Source of the DNA: Candidatus Nanohaloarchaea archaeon
Lineage (GTDB): Archaea > Nanohalarchaeota > Nanosalinia > Nanosalinales > Nanosalinaceae
DNA: 28,129 nt
NCBI GenBank assembly: GCA_041640035.1
Contig: JBEQBC010000008.1
Coordinates: 1 to 28,129 of the forward strand
Direction of reading: 5' to 3'
Part shown: piece by piece, positions 16,618-24,958 of the stretch
How positions within the stretch are numbered: position 1 is the stretch's first letter
Layout of the letters: each line of letters begins with the position of its first letter
Translations under genes and position numbers: made by a program
The notes under the pieces: model-generated
What the model was told of the DNA's origin: nothing
What the model saw: only the letters and a program-made list of their open reading frames with translations
Database searches by the model: none

Positions 16618-17682
16618 GTGGGTCAAGACCTTTCGATCGCACCAAGCGATTACGGTGATGAAATCGGTTCTGAAGTTGAAAACTATCTGGATGATATCCA
16701 CAGAGATGTCTCAAGGACTTTTGACGCCGCACTTCAGAAGCTTTCAGGCGATCTCAGAAGACAGGTCCAGGTCGGCTACCTGATGTGCCGGATACCAGAT
16801 ACGATAGAGGATTCCTCACAGCTTGACGGCGAAGAAAAATACGAACTACTCAACAGATACCGTGAAGTACTCGAGGAGCCCGATCAGAGAAATGTAGCCG
16901 AGTTCGTAAGAGACACATTATCCCGTGTAGAACCTGAAGAAGACTCAAGCTACTGGGACCTAGTGAAAAACACTCATACAGTTACAAGCAGCTTCCAGAC
17001 CTTCGATGAAGAAGTACAGGGGTACATGAAAGATGCTGTAGACGAGATGTCCAAGGGAATGGCAGATTTCTCAAGGAAAGCATACCAGAACGGGAAAGAC
17101 GGTATCAGAATACATACATTCGACGAGCTACATGAATACTGCCACTATGTAGCCGGAACAGTCGGCGAACTCCTGACAGGAGTATTTTCACACCACGAAG
17201 AAACACCAGAGGAACTATGGGATAACTACGAGGACTTCGGACAGTACCTACAAACCGTCAACATAATCAAAGACCCTGTAGAAGACCTGGAAGAAGAATC
17301 AGCAATATTCATACCAGAAGAACCACTGGAAGAAAACCTAGACCACAATGATCTGGAGCAAGCACTGCGAAACAGAAACTCAGAAGTTGTGAACCCAGCC
17401 ACGATGAGAATGCTAGAAAGAGCAGAACAGAAATCAGATGGAGCGCAAGAATACATAGAGATGATTCCGGAAGACTCCGAGATAAGAGGATACCTAGAAG
17501 TACCCTTCCTACTGGCCAAAGCAACAGGAAGAGAAGCCCGCAACAACCCCGAATCAGTTCTTGACGGCGAACTAGCAGTCGAAAAAGAAGAAGTCTTGAA
17601 CATACTTGGAGAAGCCGGAAGAAATGACTTGAACCAGATCACAGATACTATTTCAGAAAGACCTCTGCAACAAGCAGATTGA
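16618..17682 (+). CDS. Squalene/phytoene synthase family protein (squalene-synthase-type motifs)
   Basis: VSRTF, YLMCRIPDTIED, YCHYVAGTVG and LQTVNIIKD. Start uncertain: GTG 16618 fits the TTTTAAAT box at 16586-16593; ATG 16606 is the alternative. Confidence 0.88.
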   Translation: MGQDLSIAPSDYGDEIGSEVENYLDDIHRDVSRTFDAALQKLSGDLRRQVQVGYLMCRIPDTIEDSSQLDGEEKYELLNRYREVLEEPDQRNVAEFVRDTLSRVEPEEDSSYWDLVKNTHTVTSSFQTFDEEVQGYMKDAVDEMSKGMADFSRKAYQNGKDGIRIHTFDELHEYCHYVAGTVGELLTGVFSHHEETPEELWDNYEDFGQYLQTVNIIKDPVEDLEEESAIFIPEEPLEENLDHNDLEQALRNRNSEVVNPATMRMLERAEQKSDGAQEYIEMIPEDSEIRGYLEVPFLLAKATGREARNNPESVLDGELAVEKEEVLNILGEAGRNDLNQITDTISERPLQQAD

Positions 17683-17683
17683 G

Positions 17684-17758
17684 AGCCCCGTCCGGGATTT
17701 GAACCCGGGGCCTGCTCCTTACGAGGGAGCCGCTCTAGCCAGGCTGAGCCAACGAGGC
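17684..17758 (-). tRNA. tRNA-Thr (anticodon CGT), no intron, CCA not encoded
   Basis: Acceptor stem GCCTCGT/ACGGGGC, anticodon arm GCTCC-CTCGTAA-GGAGC, T arm CCGGG-TTCAAAT-CCCGG. Confidence 0.97.
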
Positions 17759-17865
17759 GGCTATGGTTTTGGTTTCGGTTTCAGAGTTTTTTATGTCTGT
17801 GAGGTGGCTCTACTTGTTTTATATAGCAGCAGTTTTAATCCGTAGTATATAAGGTGTAAATAGTT

Positions 17866-18069
17866 ATGGATGATAGAATCGGTAGTTTAGCCGGCAAAGT
17901 TTATCGCTTACTTGATGACGGTGGCGAGCACTCGCTTAATCAGGTCTGTAAAGCTGTAAATGCTCCTCGTTCCAAAGTGAATATGGCAATTGGATGGCTG
18001 GCCCGTGAGGACAAGCTGGAGTTTGTAGAGAAAAGCAGGGGTACAGCAGTTCAGCTTAAAGAAAAATAG
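17866..18069 (+). CDS. Small winged-helix protein (DUF2582-like)
   Basis: IGxxAGKVY...MAIGWLAREDK signature. Confidence 0.88.
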   Translation: MDDRIGSLAGKVYRLLDDGGEHSLNQVCKAVNAPRSKVNMAIGWLAREDKLEFVEKSRGTAVQLKEK

Positions 18070-18098
18070 TTTAACTTTCCTTCTCTATTTCTGTATAC

Positions 18099-19055
18099 AT
18101 GAGTTCTCTGACTGACGGAGCTGAAACTATAGTAGAACAGTGTCTTAACATCGGTAAAGAAGAGGAAGTACTGGTCCTCAACGACGGAAACGACCAGGAT
18201 CTGATAGATGCCTTAACCGGTTTCCTAGAAGAAGAAGGATACAACTTCGAACTCTTGGAGTACGAGGAACCGGATAACCACGGTGAAGAACCTCCAGAAA
18301 ATGTTTCTCAAAGGATGAAGAATGTCGATGTCGTAATAGCCCCAACCATCAAATCACTTTCACATACAAAGGCAAGAGTAGAATCATGTGAAAACGGTAC
18401 TAGAGTCGCGACCCTGCCAACTATCAACAAGGAGATATGGAATACTTCTCTACAGGCAGACTACAACGAAGTAGAAAGAATTACTGCAGAAGCATACAAA
18501 TTACTGGAGGATACTTCTGAAGTAAGGATTAAGACTCCTTCAGGCACAGATCTGACCTTGAAAGTGGATATCGAGTTCTTCCATCAAGACACAGGCATAA
18601 TACACAACCCTGGTGACTTCGGTAACCTCCCAGCAGGAGAAGCAGACGGCGGAGTACTGGATGCGAACGGCGTACTTGTAACAGACCACTTCCCTTTCGC
18701 ACCTGAAGGCACCAAGGTCGAGATCCGGGACGCAGAAGCCGTATCAGTCGAACATGTAGATGAGGAAGAATCTGAACTTGCTGAAGGTTTCCAAGAGTAT
18801 GAAGGTGCACGGAATGTTGCCGAGTTCGGTTTCGGAACCAATCCAACCGCTACCTTGATCGGAAATGTTCTACAGGATGAGAAAGTGCTGGGAACGGTTC
18901 ATATCGCTTTCGGGGACAACACAAGTTACATCCCGGAAGGCCATGAAAGGCATCAGCCGTGTGAGATTCACTGGGATACGATCTGTGAGTCACCGACTGT
19001 ATGGTTTGATGACCGGAAGGTTCTGGATGAGGGCGAGCCTGTTTTCCTCGACTAG
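18099..19055 (+). CDS. Aminopeptidase, M29 (AmpS/aminopeptidase T-like) family
   Basis: GNLPAGE, AEFGFGTN, DEKVLGTVHIAFG and IHWD motifs. Confidence 0.9.
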   Translation: MSSLTDGAETIVEQCLNIGKEEEVLVLNDGNDQDLIDALTGFLEEEGYNFELLEYEEPDNHGEEPPENVSQRMKNVDVVIAPTIKSLSHTKARVESCENGTRVATLPTINKEIWNTSLQADYNEVERITAEAYKLLEDTSEVRIKTPSGTDLTLKVDIEFFHQDTGIIHNPGDFGNLPAGEADGGVLDANGVLVTDHFPFAPEGTKVEIRDAEAVSVEHVDEEESELAEGFQEYEGARNVAEFGFGTNPTATLIGNVLQDEKVLGTVHIAFGDNTSYIPEGHERHQPCEIHWDTICESPTVWFDDRKVLDEGEPVFLD

Positions 19056-19094
19056 ATTTTAAGTACTGGCTTACCCAATTTTTCCACTGTATAA

Positions 19095-20789
19095 ATGGGA
19101 ATATTTGACTCCTCGGAAGAAGTGGAAGAGAACCTTTCAGAAGCTATGGAAGAGACGAAGAAAGTTTCTAACGCCGAGGTAAAAGTAGAGAAGAAAGAAT
19201 CAGATCAGGAATGGACACACCTGATGGATGAGATACGGAACCTGAAGTCAGGGCTTAAACAGGTAAAAAGAAAGCAGGAGAAAGTAGAGAACCGTAATCA
19301 AAGAGTTGAAGACGAGCTTGACGAACTTGAAGAAGAGCTCGAGGAAATAGATAGAGATGACGAGACTGTTCAACAGGTAAGACGCCAGCTGAACGAGATA
19401 CAGTCCGAGATGCGTGAAATGGGCGGTATCGAAAGCCTTGTACAGCTGAAAGAAGATACTGAAAGCGTTCTAGATAAAGTCCGAGACATGGAGCAGGAAG
19501 TAGAGGTAGATACTGACCGTGTAGAGGATATCTACCAGGAACTTCAGGAGAAGGATGAGAAGATCCAGCAGGCTGTAAAGGATCAGGAGGAGCTGCGTGA
19601 AGACTTCGACCAGCTACTGGACCGTTTCGACAACCTCTCCATGGAGTACGATGACCTACCTTCTGCCGAAGAATTCGACCATGTTAAGGAACAATTGGAG
19701 TCTCAGAAAGAGGTAATAGATAATGTAGTACCGGCCCTGGAATCAGTATTCGACGATATCGAAGATATAGAGGAGAAATCAATCGTCACCCTGGACGAAC
19801 TTCAGGAACTTGAACAGGAGCTGGATAATACCAAGGCAGATATTTCACAGGTCAAGGAAGTCGATGAAGAAGTAGATCAGGTAAGAGAGACTACAAAAGA
19901 GAATGATAACAAGATCAAGTCTCTGAACGAGAAGATCACGCGTATAAATGATAAGACCAGAGAGATAGAGGAGCTTGAAAGCCAGATCGAAGAACTGGAG
20001 CAAGATATAGAAGAATCGAAGGAAGAGCTCCGTGAAGAAATCGATGGAGAAATACAGAACCTGAGAGAAGATTTCGACACACTTCTAGAAGACCATCCTG
20101 ATAACGAAGATCTTGAGGAAGTTGAAGAAGATCTTCACTTTGTTGTTGAGGAGCAGAAGGAGCTTGAGGAAAGCTTCGAGGAACAGATAGAGGAACTGCA
20201 GCAGAAGGTGCAGGATCTCGCGATCGAGGAGAAAGTCGATGCTTCAGAGTTCCGTCAGAGAGTACAGGAGATAAGAGGAGACCAGCTCGTAGAGCTAGGT
20301 CAGATAAGAAAAGAGATTGAACAGCTGGAAGTTGACGAAAAGATAGATTACGAGGATCTCGAGGAAGAAATGCAGGAGCTCCGTGAGGAACTCGAGCTTC
20401 AGATAAAGTATTCCCAGAACGAGCTTAGAGAAAGACATGCTACCAAGACCGAGCTCAGCGGAGTGTACGACGCACTGGAAGTGGTTCAGGACAAGATCGA
20501 GGAGGAGAAAGCTGCCAGTAATGAGAACTCCAGAGCGGTTGAAGATGTACGGAACGACCTTGAGAACCTGGAGGAAGGAATCGACTCTCGACTTTCACAT
20601 AAGGCGGAGAGAAACCAAGTTCAGGAACTGAAGAACGAAGTTGCAAGCCTTGAGAGCCGTGTAAACCAGCTGGAAGACAAGCATCAGGAAGAGTTCGTAA
20701 CTGAATCCGAGTTCCACAGCTTCAAGGAGAAGGTCGAGCAGATATCTGATCTGCTTCTGAAGGTGACGAAACGGGTTACATCCGGATAA
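19095..20789 (+). CDS. Long acidic coiled-coil protein of unknown function
   Basis: 564 aa of near-continuous heptads, with no TM segment and no Walker motifs. Confidence 0.85.
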   Translation: MGIFDSSEEVEENLSEAMEETKKVSNAEVKVEKKESDQEWTHLMDEIRNLKSGLKQVKRKQEKVENRNQRVEDELDELEEELEEIDRDDETVQQVRRQLNEIQSEMREMGGIESLVQLKEDTESVLDKVRDMEQEVEVDTDRVEDIYQELQEKDEKIQQAVKDQEELREDFDQLLDRFDNLSMEYDDLPSAEEFDHVKEQLESQKEVIDNVVPALESVFDDIEDIEEKSIVTLDELQELEQELDNTKADISQVKEVDEEVDQVRETTKENDNKIKSLNEKITRINDKTREIEELESQIEELEQDIEESKEELREEIDGEIQNLREDFDTLLEDHPDNEDLEEVEEDLHFVVEEQKELEESFEEQIEELQQKVQDLAIEEKVDASEFRQRVQEIRGDQLVELGQIRKEIEQLEVDEKIDYEDLEEEMQELREELELQIKYSQNELRERHATKTELSGVYDALEVVQDKIEEEKAASNENSRAVEDVRNDLENLEEGIDSRLSHKAERNQVQELKNEVASLESRVNQLEDKHQEEFVTESEFHSFKEKVEQISDLLLKVTKRVTSG

Positions 20790-20822
20790 TTTTTAAAACA
20801 GTTAAACCACTACTTTTGTTCT

Positions 20823-20927
20823 ATGCACAGAATGACTGAATCCACGGTTTCTACGGAAGAGTCAATGCTGTGCATGAATTTCTTCAACTCCAAGTTTATG
20901 CTTGCTAATATCTTTACCTGGAAGTAA
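20823..20927 (+). CDS. Putative leaderless uORF / leader peptide (34 aa)
   Basis: MHRMTESTVSTEESMLCMNFFNSKFMLANIFTWK*; ATG lies ~25 nt after a TTTTAAAA box (20791-20798). Confidence 0.4.
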   Translation: MHRMTESTVSTEESMLCMNFFNSKFMLANIFTWK

Positions 20928-21018
20928 TTATCCCGTTCATGCTTCCGGGGACGCCATAAAGTTCTGTTCTGGAAACGCTGTTTTTCTACGCGTTTCTGAC
21001 TCTCTGAGGTGTTCCATC
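20823..21018 (+). promoter_or_regulatory. Structured 5' leader (three hairpins plus Shine-Dalgarno)
   Basis: Stems 20823-30/20868-75, 20917-25/20941-49 and 20971-78/20990-97; GAGGTG at 21006-21011. Confidence 0.55.
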
Positions 21019-21717
21019 CTGGATATATTACCTGACTCCGGCGCCCAACGGCTCTTGTTCGTCCTCGCACTCCCACTCGTAGATGGAGTGTTCGCCACAC
21101 TACTGGTGACAGGAGCAGTACAGACATTCTCGGAGATAATGACGATAGCACTAACCGTTTTCACAGGAGCTGGAGCACTGGCCGTACTTTACTCCGAATC
21201 AGAAAGCAAAGCAGAAGCACAGAAAATGGTGAGGAAAGTAGTACCGTACCTAGTAGGAGGAACATTGCTGGTGGCGCTTGTAGCACCTGTATTCGAACAG
21301 ATATTCTATCTGACCCGTTTGAGATACGCAGCAGCCATAGCAGTCGCAGTCATCGCACTGAAAATATCGGAAGTATCTATAGCGGAGAAGTTCACTGTTC
21401 CGAGCATAATATTCACCGGTATGGCTCTATCCTTGAAACAGCCTACATCCATACAGTTAACGCTCAGCTATGTGGTTCCAGCGGTCGCAACAGTTGCAGT
21501 GGCGCTCGGAGTACTTTACATGGCGACATACATAGATCCTGAAAGACTTGATCTGGAGATAATCAGAAAAGCAGGATCTCTAGTATTGATACTGATCAGT
21601 CTATCGCTCATAGGGTTAAATGTGCCGGCAAACCTTGGTTTACTAGTTATGTCTGCCTCCATCATCGTTGCTGCACGGACTGAGGCTCAGAAGCTTGCTG
21701 TCCTGACCTCGAACTGA
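21019..21717 (+). CDS. Multi-pass membrane protein resembling haloarchaeal DUF5794; probable CTG start
   Basis: RLLFVLALPLVDGVFATLLVTGA matches my recollection of DUF5794. In-frame CTG lies 7 nt after GAGGTG, and the upstream extension to TTG 20902 does not look protein-like. Confidence 0.72.
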   Translation: MDILPDSGAQRLLFVLALPLVDGVFATLLVTGAVQTFSEIMTIALTVFTGAGALAVLYSESESKAEAQKMVRKVVPYLVGGTLLVALVAPVFEQIFYLTRLRYAAAIAVAVIALKISEVSIAEKFTVPSIIFTGMALSLKQPTSIQLTLSYVVPAVATVAVALGVLYMATYIDPERLDLEIIRKAGSLVLILISLSLIGLNVPANLGLLVMSASIIVAARTEAQKLAVLTSN

Positions 21718-22067
21718 CCGTCAATATTATTCATAAGGTAGGCTACAAGCCGTTCTCTTAAAGGCCGGAAAACGATTAGTACGCCCATGAAGTCGCTGAT
21801 GAATCCTGGTGTTAGCAGGAATACTCCTGATAGTACTATCAGTGCTCCTTCGACCATGTTTCTTGATGCTTCTCCGGCGGTTACGGATCGCTGGAGTTTC
21901 ATCAGTATGTGTATGCCTTCTCTTCTGATTAAGTGTGCGCCGATCAAACCGGTTAGAAGGACCAGTATGAACATTCTCCAGAAGCCCATGGCTCCGGCTA
22001 CCTCTACTAGAAGCCAGATATCTATCACGGGTAGTGCTAGGAGAAATACTATCAGGTATCCTATCAT
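21687..22067 (-). CDS. fxsA: FxsA family membrane protein
   Basis: LPVIDIWLL...LTGLIGAHLIRREG...LLTPGFISDFMG pattern. Confidence 0.92.
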   Translation of the reverse strand: MIGYLIVFLLALPVIDIWLLVEVAGAMGFWRMFILVLLTGLIGAHLIRREGIHILMKLQRSVTAGEASRNMVEGALIVLSGVFLLTPGFISDFMGVLIVFRPLRERLVAYLMNNIDGQFEVRTASF

Positions 22068-22127
22068 CTCTACAATAATGGTTTGAGGATGGTTATCGTT
22101 TAAAATCTGAGTATCGCTTCTTTCTAT

Positions 22128-23168
22128 ATGAAACAGCTCTTGAAAAAACTGGTTGAGACGCCTGGAGTATCAGGTAACGAACACCGCATCCGGAACACGA
22201 TCCGGGAAGAAATCGAAGAACACGCAGATACCATCGAAGAAGACAACATGGGTAACCTGATAGCAAGAAAGAACCCTGACGCAGACAAAACACTTCTTCT
22301 GGACGCACACATGGACCAGATCGGTTTAGCGGTCAGAAGAATCGATGAAGAAGGATTCATCAGGATCTCCAGCGTAGGAGGAATCTACCCGGTCTCCGTA
22401 GCCAATCAACGCGTCAATATACATACTTCTGAAGGCGAAGATATCAAAGGAGTAATCGGGATGCGACCAGCACACATCGTCCAGGGTGAAAACCGGGGAC
22501 TTCCGGATATGAACAAGATATTCGTGGATATAGGAGCAGAAGACCGAGAAGATGTCCTAGACAAAGGTATCAGAGTAGGAGACTACATAAGCTACGATAC
22601 AGACTTCGAAGAACTTGGAAACGACTATGTCACCGGACCCGCCCTCGACGACAGGGTAGGATGTGCTGTACTCATCGAAGCCTTCAAAGATTTCGATGAA
22701 AACTACGAACTGATCGCACTGTTCTCCTCACAGGAAGAAATCGGCGGAAAAGGAGTAAAGACCTCGGTATACGGCATAGAACCGGATGTAGCAGTTTCAC
22801 TTGAGGTATCACAGGCAGGAGATGTACCACACATCGATCAGGATGAATCAGACGAATTCACAGGACAGGGATTCGGCATAACCATGATTGAAGAAGGAGG
22901 CAGAGCAATCACAGTACCTGAACCGGTAAGAGACTGGCTTATCGAAACAGCAGAAGAAAACGACTACACATACAAAAGAAAACTTTACGACAGAGGAAAA
23001 ACCAACGCAGCACAGATCAGATTCCTGAAAGGCGGAATACCAGCAGGCGTAGTAGTAATACCCACAAGACACATCCACTCACCTGTTGAAACAGTCAAGC
23101 TCTCTGACATGCACGAAACCACCAGCTATGTCTCCGATATATTCTCAACATTCGGAGAACACTTCTGA
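22128..23168 (+). CDS. M42 family (TET) aminopeptidase
   Basis: PGVSGNE, AHMDQIG, LDDRVG, QEEIG and HSPVE motifs. Confidence 0.93.
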   Translation: MKQLLKKLVETPGVSGNEHRIRNTIREEIEEHADTIEEDNMGNLIARKNPDADKTLLLDAHMDQIGLAVRRIDEEGFIRISSVGGIYPVSVANQRVNIHTSEGEDIKGVIGMRPAHIVQGENRGLPDMNKIFVDIGAEDREDVLDKGIRVGDYISYDTDFEELGNDYVTGPALDDRVGCAVLIEAFKDFDENYELIALFSSQEEIGGKGVKTSVYGIEPDVAVSLEVSQAGDVPHIDQDESDEFTGQGFGITMIEEGGRAITVPEPVRDWLIETAEENDYTYKRKLYDRGKTNAAQIRFLKGGIPAGVVVIPTRHIHSPVETVKLSDMHETTSYVSDIFSTFGEHF

Positions 23169-23180
23169 GGCGATCAAAAA

Positions 23181-24950
23181 ATGGTTAAGGAAAGAAAAGA
23201 GATCGAGCAGAAATACAAATGGGATCTGACACAGGTATTCAACTCTGAAGAAGAATGGCAGAAAAAGTACGAAGAAGTAAGATCGGAGCTCGAACAGATA
23301 GAGGAACACAGAGGAAAACTTACAGACTCCGCAGAGAAACTTCTACACGGATTAAAAGCGAAAGACCAGCTAATGAGAGATATAGCAGAGCTCTCAGCCT
23401 ATGCAAGGATGAAAACGCATGAAGATATGCGCAACCAGGAAGCGCAGGAACTGAAGTCAAAGGCAGATTCTCTTCAGAGTGCAGCAGCTGCGAAAGTAGC
23501 CTTCTACCAGCCAGAAATCAAACAGCTATCCCAAGAACAGGTAGAGGAATTTATACAGCAGGAATCGGGGCTTGAAGACTACAGACAATACCTGGATAAT
23601 ATTCTGCGTATGAAGGAGCATATTCTGGATAATGAGACAGAGTCGATGCTGAATGAGCTCGGAGAGGTATTCTCCGCACCAGAAGAGACATACTCCATGT
23701 TGACGAACGCTGATCTCAGTTTCCCTGAGATAGAGCATGAACGGGAGAAGATCCAAGTGACTGCTTCCAACCTGACAAAATTACTTAAGAAAAAAGATAG
23801 GGAGCTCCGGGAAAAGGTCTACAACCAGTTCTACGGTCGTCTTGGCGAGTTCCGTAACACTATCACTACAATGATGGATAAAGAGGTTAAGAAGAATGTC
23901 AAGCTATCCAGGATCCGTGGTCATGACTCAGCACGGAAGGCATCCCTGAAAAACGATAACATCCCTGTAACCGTGTACGATAACCTTGTAGATATGGTTG
24001 AAAACAACTTGGATGTGCTTCACAGGCATATGGAGCTGAAGAGAGAGGCTCACGGATGGAACGAGATAAAGATGCATGACTTGTATATGCCGGTTACTGA
24101 GAAAGATCAGCCGGAGATTGAGTACGAGGAGGCGAAAGAACTGGTTCTTGAAGCGGTTCAGCCGCTTGGAGATGAGTATGTTGAGAGAGCTGAAGAGTTT
24201 TTTGAGAACCGCTGGATCGATGTATACGAGAACAAAGGCAAGAGAAGCGGAGCATACAGCGGAGGAACATACGATACACCTTCTTTCATCATGATGAATT
24301 ATCAGGACGATGTAAACTCCATGTACACCTTGGCACATGAACTAGGTCACTCACTGCACTCAGACATGGCGAACGAGAACCAGGGCTACCTTGACAGCCA
24401 GTACAAAATCTTTACAGCAGAGATCGCCAGCAATGTAAACGAGATACTACTAACCAATCACCTGATTGAAGAAGGAATGTACACGGAGCACGCACTGGAT
24501 TATGTCCTAGAGAACTTCAGAAACTCACTTTACCGGCAGACACTTTTCGCGGACTTCGAAAACGAAATCCATCAGCGTGTTGAAAATAACGAACCTTTGA
24601 CAGCGGACAAGCTCGGTGAGATCTACGGAGATAAAAAGAAGAGGTACTATGAACCGGTTGAGATGGATGAAGAGATTAGAAAGGAGTGGATGCGGATACC
24701 TCACTTCTACTACGATTTCTATGTGTTCCAGTACTCGACAGGGATCGCAGCAGCACATGCAATCGTCGATATGATTGAGGAAGAATCCGCTGAGAAGTAC
24801 CTTTCGATGCTGAGGAACGGAGGTAGCAAGTATCCACTAGAGCTACTTGACGATATAGGAATAGATATGCGGAAGCCGGCGAACATTGAGAAAGCGGTTA
24901 AAAGGTACAGAAACCGTGTTGAAGAAATGGAAAACAAGTTAAATGCGTGA
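23181..24950 (+). CDS. pepF: Oligoendopeptidase F (M3B)
   Basis: KWDL N-terminus, GKRSGAYS, HELGH, AEIAS and WMRIPHFY motifs. Confidence 0.95.
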   Translation: MVKERKEIEQKYKWDLTQVFNSEEEWQKKYEEVRSELEQIEEHRGKLTDSAEKLLHGLKAKDQLMRDIAELSAYARMKTHEDMRNQEAQELKSKADSLQSAAAAKVAFYQPEIKQLSQEQVEEFIQQESGLEDYRQYLDNILRMKEHILDNETESMLNELGEVFSAPEETYSMLTNADLSFPEIEHEREKIQVTASNLTKLLKKKDRELREKVYNQFYGRLGEFRNTITTMMDKEVKKNVKLSRIRGHDSARKASLKNDNIPVTVYDNLVDMVENNLDVLHRHMELKREAHGWNEIKMHDLYMPVTEKDQPEIEYEEAKELVLEAVQPLGDEYVERAEEFFENRWIDVYENKGKRSGAYSGGTYDTPSFIMMNYQDDVNSMYTLAHELGHSLHSDMANENQGYLDSQYKIFTAEIASNVNEILLTNHLIEEGMYTEHALDYVLENFRNSLYRQTLFADFENEIHQRVENNEPLTADKLGEIYGDKKKRYYEPVEMDEEIRKEWMRIPHFYYDFYVFQYSTGIAAAHAIVDMIEEESAEKYLSMLRNGGSKYPLELLDDIGIDMRKPANIEKAVKRYRNRVEEMENKLNA

Positions 24951-24958
24951 TACAAAAA

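Noticed and set aside
16259-17758. Integrated element at tRNA-Thr
   Set aside because: No integrase and no duplicated tRNA 3' end (att site) was seen in the window.
19095-20789. SMC/Rad50 or chemoreceptor identity for the coiled-coil protein
   Set aside because: No Walker A/B, signature motif, zinc hook or MCP hairpin motif.
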